Origin: Alphaproteobacteria bacterium
GTDB lineage: Bacteria > Pseudomonadota > Alphaproteobacteria > MPNO01
DNA: 64,000 nucleotides
Assembly: GCA_964291675.2 (NCBI GenBank)
Contig: OZ219866.1
Location: 416,001 to 480,000 of the forward strand
Direction of reading: 5' to 3'
Shown: positions 10,649 to 19,577 of the stretch, in pieces
Numbering within the stretch: the stretch's first letter is position 1
Layout: each line of letters starts with the position of its first letter
The notes under the pieces: generated by a model
What the model was told of the DNA's origin: nothing
Databases searched by the model: none
What the model saw: the letters and a program-made list of their open reading frames with translations, nothing else
Translations under genes and position numbers: made by a program

Positions 10649-10777
10649 CGTCATGGCCGGACTCGATCCGGCCATCCACGCGGCGTCTCCACCCGCACGA
10701 CGGTCGGACGGGAGGGGTGGCGGCGCCCGTGAGTGCCCGAAAGAGCCTCGGACTCGCTCCGGAGGCCGGGGATGACG
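10649..10777. repeat. REP family B inverted pair (second copy degenerate)
   Basis: CGTCATGGCCGGACTCGATCCGGCCATCCAC and a downstream copy ending GGGGATGACG. Confidence 0.7.
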
Positions 10778-10869
10778 GTGTAGGGCGGGGCCCTATCGAC
10801 GGTCGCGCCGAAAAGCCTTTCGCTCTTCCCCCAAATCCCCGATCTTTGCGCGGATGGTGATGCAGGACG

Positions 10870-10980
10870 GGAGGTCAGGCGCCGGTGTTCGAGGAGCCGA
10901 CGCCTCTCACCGCCTCCGTCCGGCTCGGTCTCGTGCTCGGCCTGGCCTATGGCGCGACTGCCTCCCGGCGCTCGTGCCTT
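10870..10980 (+). pseudogene. Degenerate duplicate of the RBS and 5' end of the YeeE/YedE gene
   Basis: VFEEPTPLTASVRLGLVLGLAYG vs VFEEFGFEELTPLAASVLLGLALGLAYG at 12197; shared GCGCCGGTGTTCGA. Confidence 0.85.
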
Positions 10981-11069
10981 CCGCGACGGCTTGTGCCCAT
11001 CGGTGCGACGCATAACGTGTTAACGGGACGGCGTGCTAGCCGCCGGCTCAGAGTGATTGGAGCCGAAGT

Positions 11070-11879
11070 ATGAGCCCAGATGGATGGCTCGGACTGCTGG
11101 CGGCCGCTTTGGGAGGCGGCCTTGTCGTCAAGTTCCTGGATATCCTGTACGCGGAGGTTCGGCGCCGTTCGGAGAGCTCGGAGGAGGCCGAGCGGTTCGT
11201 CGACGAGCATCTGGATCCGCTGCTCAAGGCGGCCGACGAGCTGGTGGGCAAGCTCGTGTCTTTGGCTGGCGAGGACTTCACAAGTCTCCGCAACGTGGAT
11301 CCGAATGCCGACCGTATCGACAACAACGACTTCGTGAGCCTGGTTTTCCTCATGGCAACGTTTTGGGCTAACATCGAAATCATTCGCCGCGAAGGACTCT
11401 CCGTATCGATCGTGAAGGACGTTCGCGGCCAAAGACTGCAAAGCTTCTTGAATTGCATCGAGTCTCGCGGGGTGCGGATCGTCGACCGAATTTCGCAACG
11501 CGCAGTCGGGGAGCTGATGCTCGCCAACCGCCAGGACGGCACCTTGGAGTCCCGGTTTTTCGTCGATTTCGTACGCTCGATGGAGACCGATCCAAACGCC
11601 CGCCGTTGGCTGCGGCCCTTGGCTCACGCGCTGTCGCGCACCCGCCATACATCGGAACGCCAGAGACTCTTGAAGTACGGCATCGTCATTCACGCGATGA
11701 TCGACTCGCTCGATCCCGGGTATCAGGTCACGCGACGGCGCCCTTCGTACCCGAACAAGCTGTCCAACAAGTCGTGGCGGGATCTGAAATACCGAGTTTT
11801 CGGCCAATACCTAAAGTTCGTATCGGAACCCGAAAAATATACAGGGCCGCCCAAGAGAAAGCGGCCCCGAAGAGGGTAA
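11070..11879 (+). CDS. Hypothetical protein with N-terminal TM helix and basic C-terminus
   Basis: 269-aa ORF with GGAG RBS; visibly lower GC and different codon usage than neighbours. Confidence 0.8.
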   Translation: MSPDGWLGLLAAALGGGLVVKFLDILYAEVRRRSESSEEAERFVDEHLDPLLKAADELVGKLVSLAGEDFTSLRNVDPNADRIDNNDFVSLVFLMATFWANIEIIRREGLSVSIVKDVRGQRLQSFLNCIESRGVRIVDRISQRAVGELMLANRQDGTLESRFFVDFVRSMETDPNARRWLRPLAHALSRTRHTSERQRLLKYGIVIHAMIDSLDPGYQVTRRRPSYPNKLSNKSWRDLKYRVFGQYLKFVSEPEKYTGPPKRKRPRRG

Positions 11880-12137
11880 GGCGGCGCGAAGGGACTTTGG
11901 CTCTCTCGCTTGGAGACAACGGAACGTCCGTTGGGCCGCCTCTATTCCGTTGATGTGGGTTCACATCTCAAAGCGGATCTTAGCGCGGAAGCACTCAAGA
12001 GTCCACAGCTATGCGCTCTTCCGCCAAGGGTGCCCCCGTGGAAGATCGTTGCACGGATGGCATTCCCTCCGACAGGAGCGTCTTCGGACGAAAACCCTTT
12101 TCCTTCAGGGATTATTCCTCAATCTTGAAGGTGAAGG
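11844..12137. ncRNA. Candidate structured non-coding RNA, strand unresolved
   Basis: At least seven stems readable by eye, e.g. CAACGGA/TCCGTTG, GATGTG/CACATC, GCGGAAG/CTTCCGC, AAGGGT/ACCCTT, CCTTCA/TGAAGG. Confidence 0.45.
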
Positions 12138-12196
12138 CAGCGCTACCATCGTCACGCGCCGCCCCGTGTCACCAATTCTGGGTGGAGCAAGCGCCG

Positions 12197-13219
12197 GTGT
12201 TCGAAGAGTTCGGTTTCGAGGAGCTGACGCCGCTCGCCGCCTCCGTCCTGCTCGGCCTCGCGCTCGGCCTCGCCTATGGGGTGCTGGCGCAGCGGAGCGC
12301 CTTCTGCCTGCGCCGCAGCCTGGTCGGGCGATGGCGCGACTGCCTGCCGGCGCTGGGCGCCTGGGCGATGGCGCTGGCCTGCGCGATCGCCGGCACCAGG
12401 CTCGCCGTGGCGGTCGGGCTGATCTCCTTCGAGGAGCACCGCTTTCTCGCCGCCGACCTGCCGCTCGCCTCGGTGCTCGTGGGCGGCGCGCTGTTCGGCG
12501 CCGGCATGGTGCTGACCGGCGGCTGCGCCTCGCGGCTCGCGGTTCTGGTGGGCACGGGGAATCTGCGGGCGCTGCTGGTGCTGGTCGTCTTCGCGGTGGT
12601 CGCGCTGGCGGCGATGAAGGGTGCGCTCGCGCCGCTCCGCCTCGCGCTCGGCGCCGCGTCCGTCCCGGACGGCGGGGCCTCGCTCGCCGACCTTCCGGGC
12701 GGCGAGATCTGGCCGCTGGCGCTGGCGCTGGCGCTTGCCGTGCTCGCGTTGCGCACCGCCGCGCCGCTCTCCCATCTGGCGATGGCCGGCGCGATCGGGC
12801 TGCTGGTGCCGCTCGGCTGGGTCGGCACCGGGTTCCTGCTGCTCGACGACTTCGATCCCATCCCGCTGCAGTCGATGGGCTTCACCGGGCCGATGGCCGA
12901 CACATTGTTCTGGACGGTGGCGGCGACCTCGATCCCGGCGGGGTTCGGTACCGGGCTGGCCGCGGGCGTCCTCGCCGGCAGCCTGGCGGCGGCGCTGGCG
13001 GCGGGCGAGTTCCGCTGGCAGAGCCTGGAAGGCCCGCGCCAGACCGGGCGCTACCTCGCCGGCGCGGCGATGATGGGGGTGGGCGGCGTGCTGGCCGGCG
13101 GCTGCACGGTCGGCGCCGGCCTCTCCGGCGTCTCGACGGCGAGCCTCGCGGCCCTGCTTGCGCTGGCCGCCATGGCGGGGGCGGCGCGGACCACTGGGGC
13201 GGTGCTGGAGCGGCGGTAG
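12197..13219 (+). CDS. YeeE/YedE-family sulfur (thiosulfate) transporter
   Basis: FCL motif, GMVLTGGC and GGVLAGGC repeats, hydrophobic; next to sox genes. Confidence 0.9.
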   Translation: MFEEFGFEELTPLAASVLLGLALGLAYGVLAQRSAFCLRRSLVGRWRDCLPALGAWAMALACAIAGTRLAVAVGLISFEEHRFLAADLPLASVLVGGALFGAGMVLTGGCASRLAVLVGTGNLRALLVLVVFAVVALAAMKGALAPLRLALGAASVPDGGASLADLPGGEIWPLALALALAVLALRTAAPLSHLAMAGAIGLLVPLGWVGTGFLLLDDFDPIPLQSMGFTGPMADTLFWTVAATSIPAGFGTGLAAGVLAGSLAAALAAGEFRWQSLEGPRQTGRYLAGAAMMGVGGVLAGGCTVGAGLSGVSTASLAALLALAAMAGAARTTGAVLERR

Positions 13220-13224
13220 GGCGC

Positions 13225-13327
13225 CCTTCGATACGCGGCTTCGCCGCTACTCAGGAAGAAGTGTCTTTCTGGCCGCCACCACTCCGCCGTCATCCTGAGT
13301 AGGCGCGCAGCGCCGTATCGAAGGACG
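13225..13327. repeat. REP family A inverted dimer (REPIN-like)
   Basis: CCTTCGATACGCGGCTTCGCCGCTACTCAGGA ... TCCTGAGTAGGCGCGCAGCGCCGTATCGAAGG between convergent genes. Confidence 0.88.
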
Positions 13328-13337
13328 CCCCCCGCGA

Positions 13338-14624
13338 TCAGCCGAACATGTCGGCGGCAATCGCGTCGTACCAGCCGAGCGATTCCTGGTAGGTCGCCTT
13401 GCGCAGCTCGGCGCTCTCCCCGGTCTTGGAGATGAAGCCGCTGGTCTTGGCGATCTTGGCGTCGGTCGCCTTGTAGGCGGCGCCCACCTTGACCCCGTCA
13501 TCGGTGCCGATGAGCGACCAGCAGGTGTTGGAGAAGCGCGCCGGGAACACCTTCGAGCCGGCCAGCGCGCCGCGCACCGCCATGGCGCAGACCTTGGCCT
13601 GGCTGTTGGCCGAGAAGCCGGATTTCGGCATGTCGCCCTGCAGCGAGGCATCGCCCAGCACGTGGATGTTGGCGTCGGCCCGGCTCTGCATGGTGTGCGG
13701 CACCACGGGCGCCCAGCCCGACTTGTCGGTGACGCCGGCAATCGCCGCGATGCGCCCAGCCTGCTGCGCCGGGATGACGTTGCAGACATCGACCTTGGTG
13801 ACCTCGCCGTCGACCACGACCTCCATCGCACCCGGCCTGACCTCGACCTTGTCGCCGCCGAAATCGGGGCCGACGCGCTCGATCATGCCGGGGTAGTGGC
13901 GCTGCCAGCCGTCCTCGAACAGCCCCTGCTTGGAGAACTTGGCCTTGGGGTCGACGATCAGGATCTTGGCCGACGGGTTGGACTGCTTGAGCGCATGCGC
14001 CACCATCGAGATCCGCTCATAGGGCCCGGGCGGGCAGCGGAACGGGTTGGGCGGCGCGACCATGCAATAGACCCCGCCCTGCCGCATGGCGGCGACCTGC
14101 GCCTTGAGGAGCTGGGTCTGCGAGCCCGCCTTGTAGGCGTGCGGCATGCGGTTCTGCTGCGACACGTCCCAGCCCGGGACCGCGCCCGGCTTGAAGTCGA
14201 TGCCGGGCGACAGCACCAGGCGGTCATAGGCGAGGCTGCCGCCGCCGGCGAGCCCGACGGTCCGCTTGCCGCGGTCGACGGCGACCGCCCAGTCGTGCAC
14301 CACGTTGACGCCGTGATTGGCGGCGAGGGCGCCATAGGTGTGGCCGATCGAGGCGAAGTCGCGGAAGCCGCCGAGATAGAGATTGGAGAAGAAGCAGCTG
14401 TAATAGGCGCGGCTCGGATCGACCAGGGTCACGTCGAGCGCGCCCTTGGAATCCTTGGCGATGTAGCGCGCCGCCGTGGCGCCGCCCGCGCCGCCGCCGA
14501 CGACCACGACGCGCGGCCGCGCCTGGCCCAGCACCGCGGGCGCGGCGAGCGCCGTCGAGGTGGCGGCCGTCGCTGCGAGGAACCGCCGCCGGTTCAGCCC
14601 GCCTCTGTCATTCCGTTCCGTCAT
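13338..14624 (-). CDS. soxF: Flavocytochrome c sulfide dehydrogenase flavoprotein (SoxF/FccB)
   Basis: Tat signal NRRRFL, GGGAGG FAD motif, RCPPGPYER, MPKSGFSANSQAK, NTCWS. Confidence 0.92.
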   Translation of the reverse strand: MTERNDRGGLNRRRFLAATAATSTALAAPAVLGQARPRVVVVGGGAGGATAARYIAKDSKGALDVTLVDPSRAYYSCFFSNLYLGGFRDFASIGHTYGALAANHGVNVVHDWAVAVDRGKRTVGLAGGGSLAYDRLVLSPGIDFKPGAVPGWDVSQQNRMPHAYKAGSQTQLLKAQVAAMRQGGVYCMVAPPNPFRCPPGPYERISMVAHALKQSNPSAKILIVDPKAKFSKQGLFEDGWQRHYPGMIERVGPDFGGDKVEVRPGAMEVVVDGEVTKVDVCNVIPAQQAGRIAAIAGVTDKSGWAPVVPHTMQSRADANIHVLGDASLQGDMPKSGFSANSQAKVCAMAVRGALAGSKVFPARFSNTCWSLIGTDDGVKVGAAYKATDAKIAKTSGFISKTGESAELRKATYQESLGWYDAIAADMFG

Positions 14625-14641
14625 CACGCTTCCCCCTCGTT

Positions 14642-15397
14642 TCACGGGCCGTCCTCGGCCCGGTGGAAATGCGCGGCCAAGGCGGCGATCTCCTCGTCCG
14701 ACAGGCGCCCGGCCACCAGCTGCATGGCGGGATGCACCCGCTTGCCGCGCTTGTAGGCGTGCAAGGCTATCACGAACTCGTCATGCGGCCAGCCCGTTAT
14801 CGAGGGAATGCCCGCCTCGCCCCCGCCCGGGCGGTGGCAGGTGGTGCATTCGCCGGCCAGATAGGCGCCGTATTCGGGGTCGCCCTCGACGGTCAGCAGC
14901 CTGGGGTCGAGACCGTACTCCTCGACCGTCACCGTGGGCTCGGCCGGCGGAAGATCGGTCCGGGCGCCGGAGAACCCGCGCAGCCAGGCCAGCAGCGCCG
15001 CCCGGTCGCCGGCGCGCTTCATGCCCTTGAAGCTCATGCGCGAGCGCGCCACGAGGGCGCGCGGCCGGGCGATGAAGGCGTCCAGCGTGGCCGCGGTCCA
15101 GACCAGCCCGCCGGCGCCGGCCGTCCGCATCGCCTTCGAGTAGCGGTAATCGGCGAGCGAGCCCGCCTCGCGGCCGAACAGGTCGTTGAGATGCGGCCCG
15201 ATCCGGTGTTTCGCGCCGCCGCCCACCTGGTGGCAGCGCTTGCACGCGCCGTAGAGCGCCTTGCCACGCGCCTCGTCGGCGCCCGGGGCGGAGGGGAGGA
15301 GAAGCGCCGCGGCGAGGAGGGCAGCCGTCCAGCCGCGGCCCCGCCCGGGCGACCTAGCCGACGGCGATCCGCCGCTCGAGGCCGTAGACCGAGCCAT
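14642..15397 (-). CDS. soxE: Di-heme cytochrome c (SoxE-like); start codon uncertain
   Basis: Two CxxCH motifs (CKRCH, CTTCH), IGPHLN, lies between soxZ and soxF. Confidence 0.8.
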   Translation of the reverse strand: MARSTASSGGSPSARSPGRGRGWTAALLAAALLLPSAPGADEARGKALYGACKRCHQVGGGAKHRIGPHLNDLFGREAGSLADYRYSKAMRTAGAGGLVWTAATLDAFIARPRALVARSRMSFKGMKRAGDRAALLAWLRGFSGARTDLPPAEPTVTVEEYGLDPRLLTVEGDPEYGAYLAGECTTCHRPGGGEAGIPSITGWPHDEFVIALHAYKRGKRVHPAMQLVAGRLSDEEIAALAAHFHRAEDGP

Positions 15398-15680
15398 CGT
15401 CGTCGACCCATTCGAAGGCGAGCAGGCCCGGCCCGGGCACCGCCATCGCGAACTGGATGTAGGGGTTGGCCGAGACCGCCGGCTCAAGGTCGACCGACAG
15501 CACCTCCTCGCCCTCGAAGCGGACCCGGAAGCGGTTGACGATGCGGCGCGGCACCAGCTTGCCCGCGCGGTCGCGCCGGAGCCCGGTATGCATGGGATGG
15601 ACGATCCGGGTTTTTACCGTGAACGGGACGCCCGCCTTTATCGATCTCGGCAGCTTTATGCGCGGCCTGGGCTTCGCCAT
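15354..15680 (-). CDS. soxZ: Sulfur carrier protein SoxZ
   Basis: HPMHTGLRRD, VSANPY, WVDDDG motifs. Confidence 0.92.
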   Translation of the reverse strand: MAKPRPRIKLPRSIKAGVPFTVKTRIVHPMHTGLRRDRAGKLVPRRIVNRFRVRFEGEEVLSVDLEPAVSANPYIQFAMAVPGPGLLAFEWVDDDGSVYGLERRIAVG

Positions 15681-15690
15681 CGTCCGGTCC

Positions 15691-16104
15691 TCAGCCGCAG
15701 CCGCCGACGGTCACGGCGACGCGCCTCGTCGCCTGGCGGAACGTGCCGTCTGCCATCTCGGCGATTGCGATCACCTTCTGGCTGCGGGCGAGCCGGATGC
15801 GGATCGTCGCTTGCGGCGGCGCCAGGGGGCCGAAGGCGAACACCGCGACCCCGGGATAGGGGTTGGCTTGCGCGAACAGCGCGATGCGCCTCGCCCCGTC
15901 GGCGGCCACCCGCACCGGCACCGCGCCGCCGTTGTCGGCGATCTCCGGCACGTCGAGAACCACCCCGCCGTCGGCCGGCTGCGCGCCGCCGGTGAAGCGG
16001 GCGATGGCGTCCTCGAACCCGTTCGACGCCGCCGCCCCGGCGGCCGGCAGCAGCAGCGCCGCCGCGGCGCCCGATCTCAGCACGTCCCTGCGTGTCGGAG
16101 CCAT
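15691..16104 (-). CDS. soxY: Sulfur carrier protein SoxY
   Basis: Tat signal TRRDVL, PEIADNG, C-terminal VTVGGCG swinging arm. Confidence 0.93.
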   Translation of the reverse strand: MAPTRRDVLRSGAAAALLLPAAGAAASNGFEDAIARFTGGAQPADGGVVLDVPEIADNGGAVPVRVAADGARRIALFAQANPYPGVAVFAFGPLAPPQATIRIRLARSQKVIAIAEMADGTFRQATRRVAVTVGGCG

Positions 16105-16230
16105 GTTGCAGCATATGGGTTGCGGCGGCGGCGCGGGTCAAGCCGGTTTGGCGGGCGATCTTCACCCGGCGTCTCAACCAGGCCGCCGTCCGGTCCCCCG
16201 GGGACGGGAATCCTTGCCGTTTCGGGCTAA

Positions 16231-16246
16231 TGTTTCACGTGAAACT
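16231..16246. other. parS site (one terminal mismatch)
   Basis: TGTTTCACGTGAAACT vs consensus TGTTNCACGTGAAACA. Confidence 0.85.
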
Positions 16247-16267
16247 TAGGTCAACAATGCTGACCAT

Positions 16268-16283
16268 TGTTTCACGTGAAACA
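16268..16283. other. parS site (perfect palindrome)
   Basis: TGTTTCACGTGAAACA. Confidence 0.92.
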
Positions 16284-16292
16284 TTAGGCCGG

Positions 16293-17114
16293 CTAGCGGC
16301 CGCGATATTCCGCCGGGCGCTTCTCGCGGAAGGCGCGGATCCCCTCTTTGTGGTCCTCGGTGCGGATCAGCACCGACTGGCCGATGCGCTCCAGAATGCG
16401 CCCCGAATTGGTGTCGATCGAGTCGCAGGTGTTCATGATCGTCTTGGCGAGCCCCATGGCGAGCGGCGCCTTGCCGGCCAGCTTGCGGGCGAGCGCCATC
16501 GCCGCGTCCCTGAGCCCGGCGGCCGGGACGACGCGGGTCACCAGCCCGATCCTGAGCGCCTGCTCGGCGTCGATGAAGGTGCCGGCCAGCACCAGCTCCT
16601 TGGCCCAGCCCGGCCCGATCAGATTGACCAGCCGCGAGCAACCGCCCGAGCCCGGGATCAGGTTGATGTTGGCCTCGGTGAAGCCGAACCGGGCGTCGTC
16701 CGCGGCGATGCGGAAGTCGCAGGACATGGCGAGCTCCAGCCCGCCGCAGGCGCACACCCCCTGGGCGGCGCAGATCACCGGGATCTCGATGCGCTCCAGC
16801 AGGTCGAAGAAGTCGTGCACCCAGCGGTATTCCACGCGGAAGCGCTCGGTCGGCCAGTCGTTCTCGAACCAGCTCACATCGGCGCCGGCGCAGAACGCGC
16901 GCTCGCCCTCGGCGTCGATCACGATGACCCGGATCGCCGAGTTCGCCTCGATCCGCCTGGTCAGCCACAGGAACTCGGCCCGCATGTCGTCGTTGAAGGC
17001 GTTGAGGCGCTCGGGCCGGGCCAGCGTGACGGTCATGATCCCGTCGCCGTCGATGGCCACCCTGAGCGCCTTGAAGTCGTGCTCCTCGATGATCTCGTTG
17101 CCCTCGTCGATCAC
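16293..17114 (-). CDS. Enoyl-CoA hydratase/isomerase family protein
   Basis: RPERLNA, AFCAGAD, GGLELAMSCD; GTGA overlap with upstream gene. Confidence 0.92.
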   Translation of the reverse strand: MIDEGNEIIEEHDFKALRVAIDGDGIMTVTLARPERLNAFNDDMRAEFLWLTRRIEANSAIRVIVIDAEGERAFCAGADVSWFENDWPTERFRVEYRWVHDFFDLLERIEIPVICAAQGVCACGGLELAMSCDFRIAADDARFGFTEANINLIPGSGGCSRLVNLIGPGWAKELVLAGTFIDAEQALRIGLVTRVVPAAGLRDAAMALARKLAGKAPLAMGLAKTIMNTCDSIDTNSGRILERIGQSVLIRTEDHKEGIRAFREKRPAEYRGR

Positions 17115-19410
17115 TGCCTGCTCCTCGTCGTTGCGTCCCGGCCGCGCAGCAGCGCGCGGACCCGTTCCGGGGCGATCGGCGTGCGGTCGATCGCGCCCTC
17201 GATGCCGATCGCCTCGTCGACCGCGCTTGCGATGGCGGCCGCGACCCCGTTGATACCGCCCTCGCCGCCGCCCTTGATGCCGAGCGGGTTGCGCGGGCTC
17301 GGCGCGTCCTCGGCGATCAGGCACGCGATGGCGGGCACCTCGGCTATCGTCGGCAGCTTGTAGTCGGCGAGCGTGACGGCGAGCGGCTGGCCGGCCGCGT
17401 CATACACGAACGCCTCGTAGAGCGCACCCCCGATCCCCTGGACGCAGCCGCCGACAAGCTGCCCCTCCAGCATGGCCGGGTTGACCGCGCGGCCCACGTC
17501 ATAGGCGATCAGGAATTTTTCGACCGTCACCTCCCCGGTGCCGGGATCGACGCGGACCACGGCGATATGTGCGCCATAGGGAAAGGTGCATTGCGCAGTT
17601 TCATAAAATGCCTCGGCGGCGAGCGCGTCGCGTCCCAGGGCGCGCACGATCCCGCCGAGCGAAATCGACGGGCCGCCTTCGCCCGCTTGCACCACGCCGT
17701 CCCGGATCGCCAGCCGTTCCGGCGGCGTCTGCAACAGCCCGGCGGCGGCGGCGAGCGCCTTCTCGCGCAGCGCCAGCGCGGTCGCGTGCACCGCGCTCCC
17801 GGTCAGCACCGTCGCCCGCGCGGCATGCGCGCCGATGCCGTAGGGGATGCGGTCGGTCTGGCCGTGCACCACCCGGACGGCGCGATAGTCGACGCCGAGC
17901 GCGGCGGCGCAGATCTGCGCCATCGCGGTCTCGAACCCCTGCCCGACCGAGGCGCCGCCGGTGACCGCCTCGACCGCCCCGTCGGCGTCGACGGCGATCC
18001 TGGCGCCGTCCGACGGCCCGCGCCCGCTCTCCTCGAGAAAGGTCGCGATCCCGGCCCCCACCAGCTCGCCCGCCGCCCGGCGCCGCGCGAGACCGGCCCT
18101 GAGCGCGTCCCAGCCCACCGCATCGAGCGCCTTGTGCAGCAGCAGCTCATAGTCGCCGCTGTCGAGCGCCAGCGTCTCGGCATAGGGCTCGTCATAGGCG
18201 ATCGTGCAGGGCAAATCGGCGGCCGGGATCAGGTTGCGCCTGCGGATCTCCACCCGGTCGATGCCGAGCCGGTCGGCCGCGGCGTCCATCAGCCGCTCGC
18301 GCACGAAGCTCGATTCGAACCGCCCCGGCGCGCGGTAGGTCGCGGCCGGCGCCTTGTTGGTCAGCCGGACATGGCAGGAGGCGCGGAACGCCGGCACGCG
18401 GTAGAGCCCGGGCAGCGAGCACATCGTGCGGTTGGGCACGCTCACCCCGTGGGTCCTGAGATAGGCCCCCTGGTCGTGCCAGATCTCGTCCTCCAGCGCG
18501 AGGATGCGGCCCTCGGCATCGACCGCGAGCCGCGCAAGGTGGCGCTGCTCGCGCCCCTGGTTGGCCGCCGTCAGATGCTCCTGGCGGTCCTCGATCCACT
18601 TGACCGGAGAACCCAAGCGCTTGGCCGCCAGCAGCACCAGCACATCCTCCGGGTAGAGCTCGCCGCGGATCCCGAACCCGCCGCCGACATGGCCCTCGTG
18701 GAGGTGGATCTTGTCGGGCGCGAGCCCCAGCATGCGGATCAGGGTCTCCTTGTTGCGGTGCGGCACCTTGGCCGCGCCGTGGAGCGCGAGAAGGTCGCGC
18801 GCTTCGTCGTAGACCCCGATCGCCCCCCTGGTCTCCATCGGCACCCCCGAATGCCGCCCGGTCGCGAGGTCGAGCGAGACCACCGCGTGGCCCTGGCGAA
18901 CCCGGCAGCCGCGTCGCCGTAGGTATGGGTGAGCAGCGCCGCCTCGGTGCCGAGCCCGGGGGCGAACTCGCCTTCCCCGGCATCCGCGGCGACCACCGCC
19001 GGCAGCGGGTCGAGATCGAGCTCGACCAGCTCGGCCGCGTCCTCGGCGAGATAGGCGGTCTCGGCGAACACCGCCGCCACCGGCTCGCCGACATAGCGCA
19101 CCCGGTCCCGCGCGAGGATGTGCTGGCGATAAGGCCTGAGCGACTCGACCCGGCGGTCGGCGCGGAAGTCGATCGGCGGGATGTCGGCGACATCGGCGGC
19201 CGACCACACCGCGCGCACCCCTTCCAGCGCCAGCGCGGCGGCGGCATCGACACCCCCGATCTCGGCATGGGCGTGCGGCGAGCGCACGATCCGCATGTGG
19301 AGCTGGCCCGGGAAGTCGATGTCGGCGGCGTAGCGCCCGCGCCCGGTGACCAGCGGGCGGTCCTCGATCCGCGCGAGCGGCTTGCCGAGCGGGTCTCCGG
19401 CGTCGGTCAC
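17111..19410 (-). pseudogene. Xanthine dehydrogenase-family Mo-binding large subunit, frameshifted near 18890 (or sequencing error)
   Basis: N-terminal half in ORF 18739-19410, remainder (GGGFGIRGE, YRAPGR, GQGFET, KGGGEGG) in ORF 17111-19207; one extra base restores GFARAHAVVSLDL. Confidence 0.85.
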
Positions 19411-19422
19411 GGGGGGGTGGAG

Positions 19423-19533
19423 CGTCCTTCGATACGCGCCCTTCGGGCGCTACTCAGGATGAGGTGGGGGTTTGAGCCGCACGCAACCCCTTCCCTCATC
19501 CTGAGTAGCGGCGAAGCCGCGTATCGAAGGACG
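19423..19533. repeat. REP family A inverted dimer (REPIN-like)
   Basis: CGTCCTTCGATACGCG...CTACTCAGGATGAGG - spacer - CCTCATCCTGAGTAGCG...CGTATCGAAGGACG. Confidence 0.92.
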
Positions 19534-19549
19534 GCATCGGCCGCGTCGG

Positions 19550-19577
19550 CGGTTCCAACCGAAACGGACACGCGCTA
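19550..19577. repeat. 28-bp motif CGGTTCCA-N7-CGGACA-SGCKCTA, copy 1
   Basis: Same length and core at 28069 and 54514; terminal CTA is the stop of the adjacent minus-strand gene. Confidence 0.75.

Noticed and set aside
10947-11807. 286-aa antisense ORF over the orphan gene
   Set aside because: No recognisable motifs or RBS; the plus-strand ORF has an RBS, a TM helix and protein-like composition
11880-12140. Retron msr-msd or DRT ncRNA
   Set aside because: No reverse transcriptase in the window; kept only as a generic structured RNA candidate
12011-12196. N-terminal extension of the YeeE ORF
   Set aside because: The RBS and the duplicated 5' end both point to GTG 12197 as the start
16231-16283. 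Transcription-factor operator for soxY
   Set aside because: The exact match to the 16-bp parS consensus is the simpler explanation
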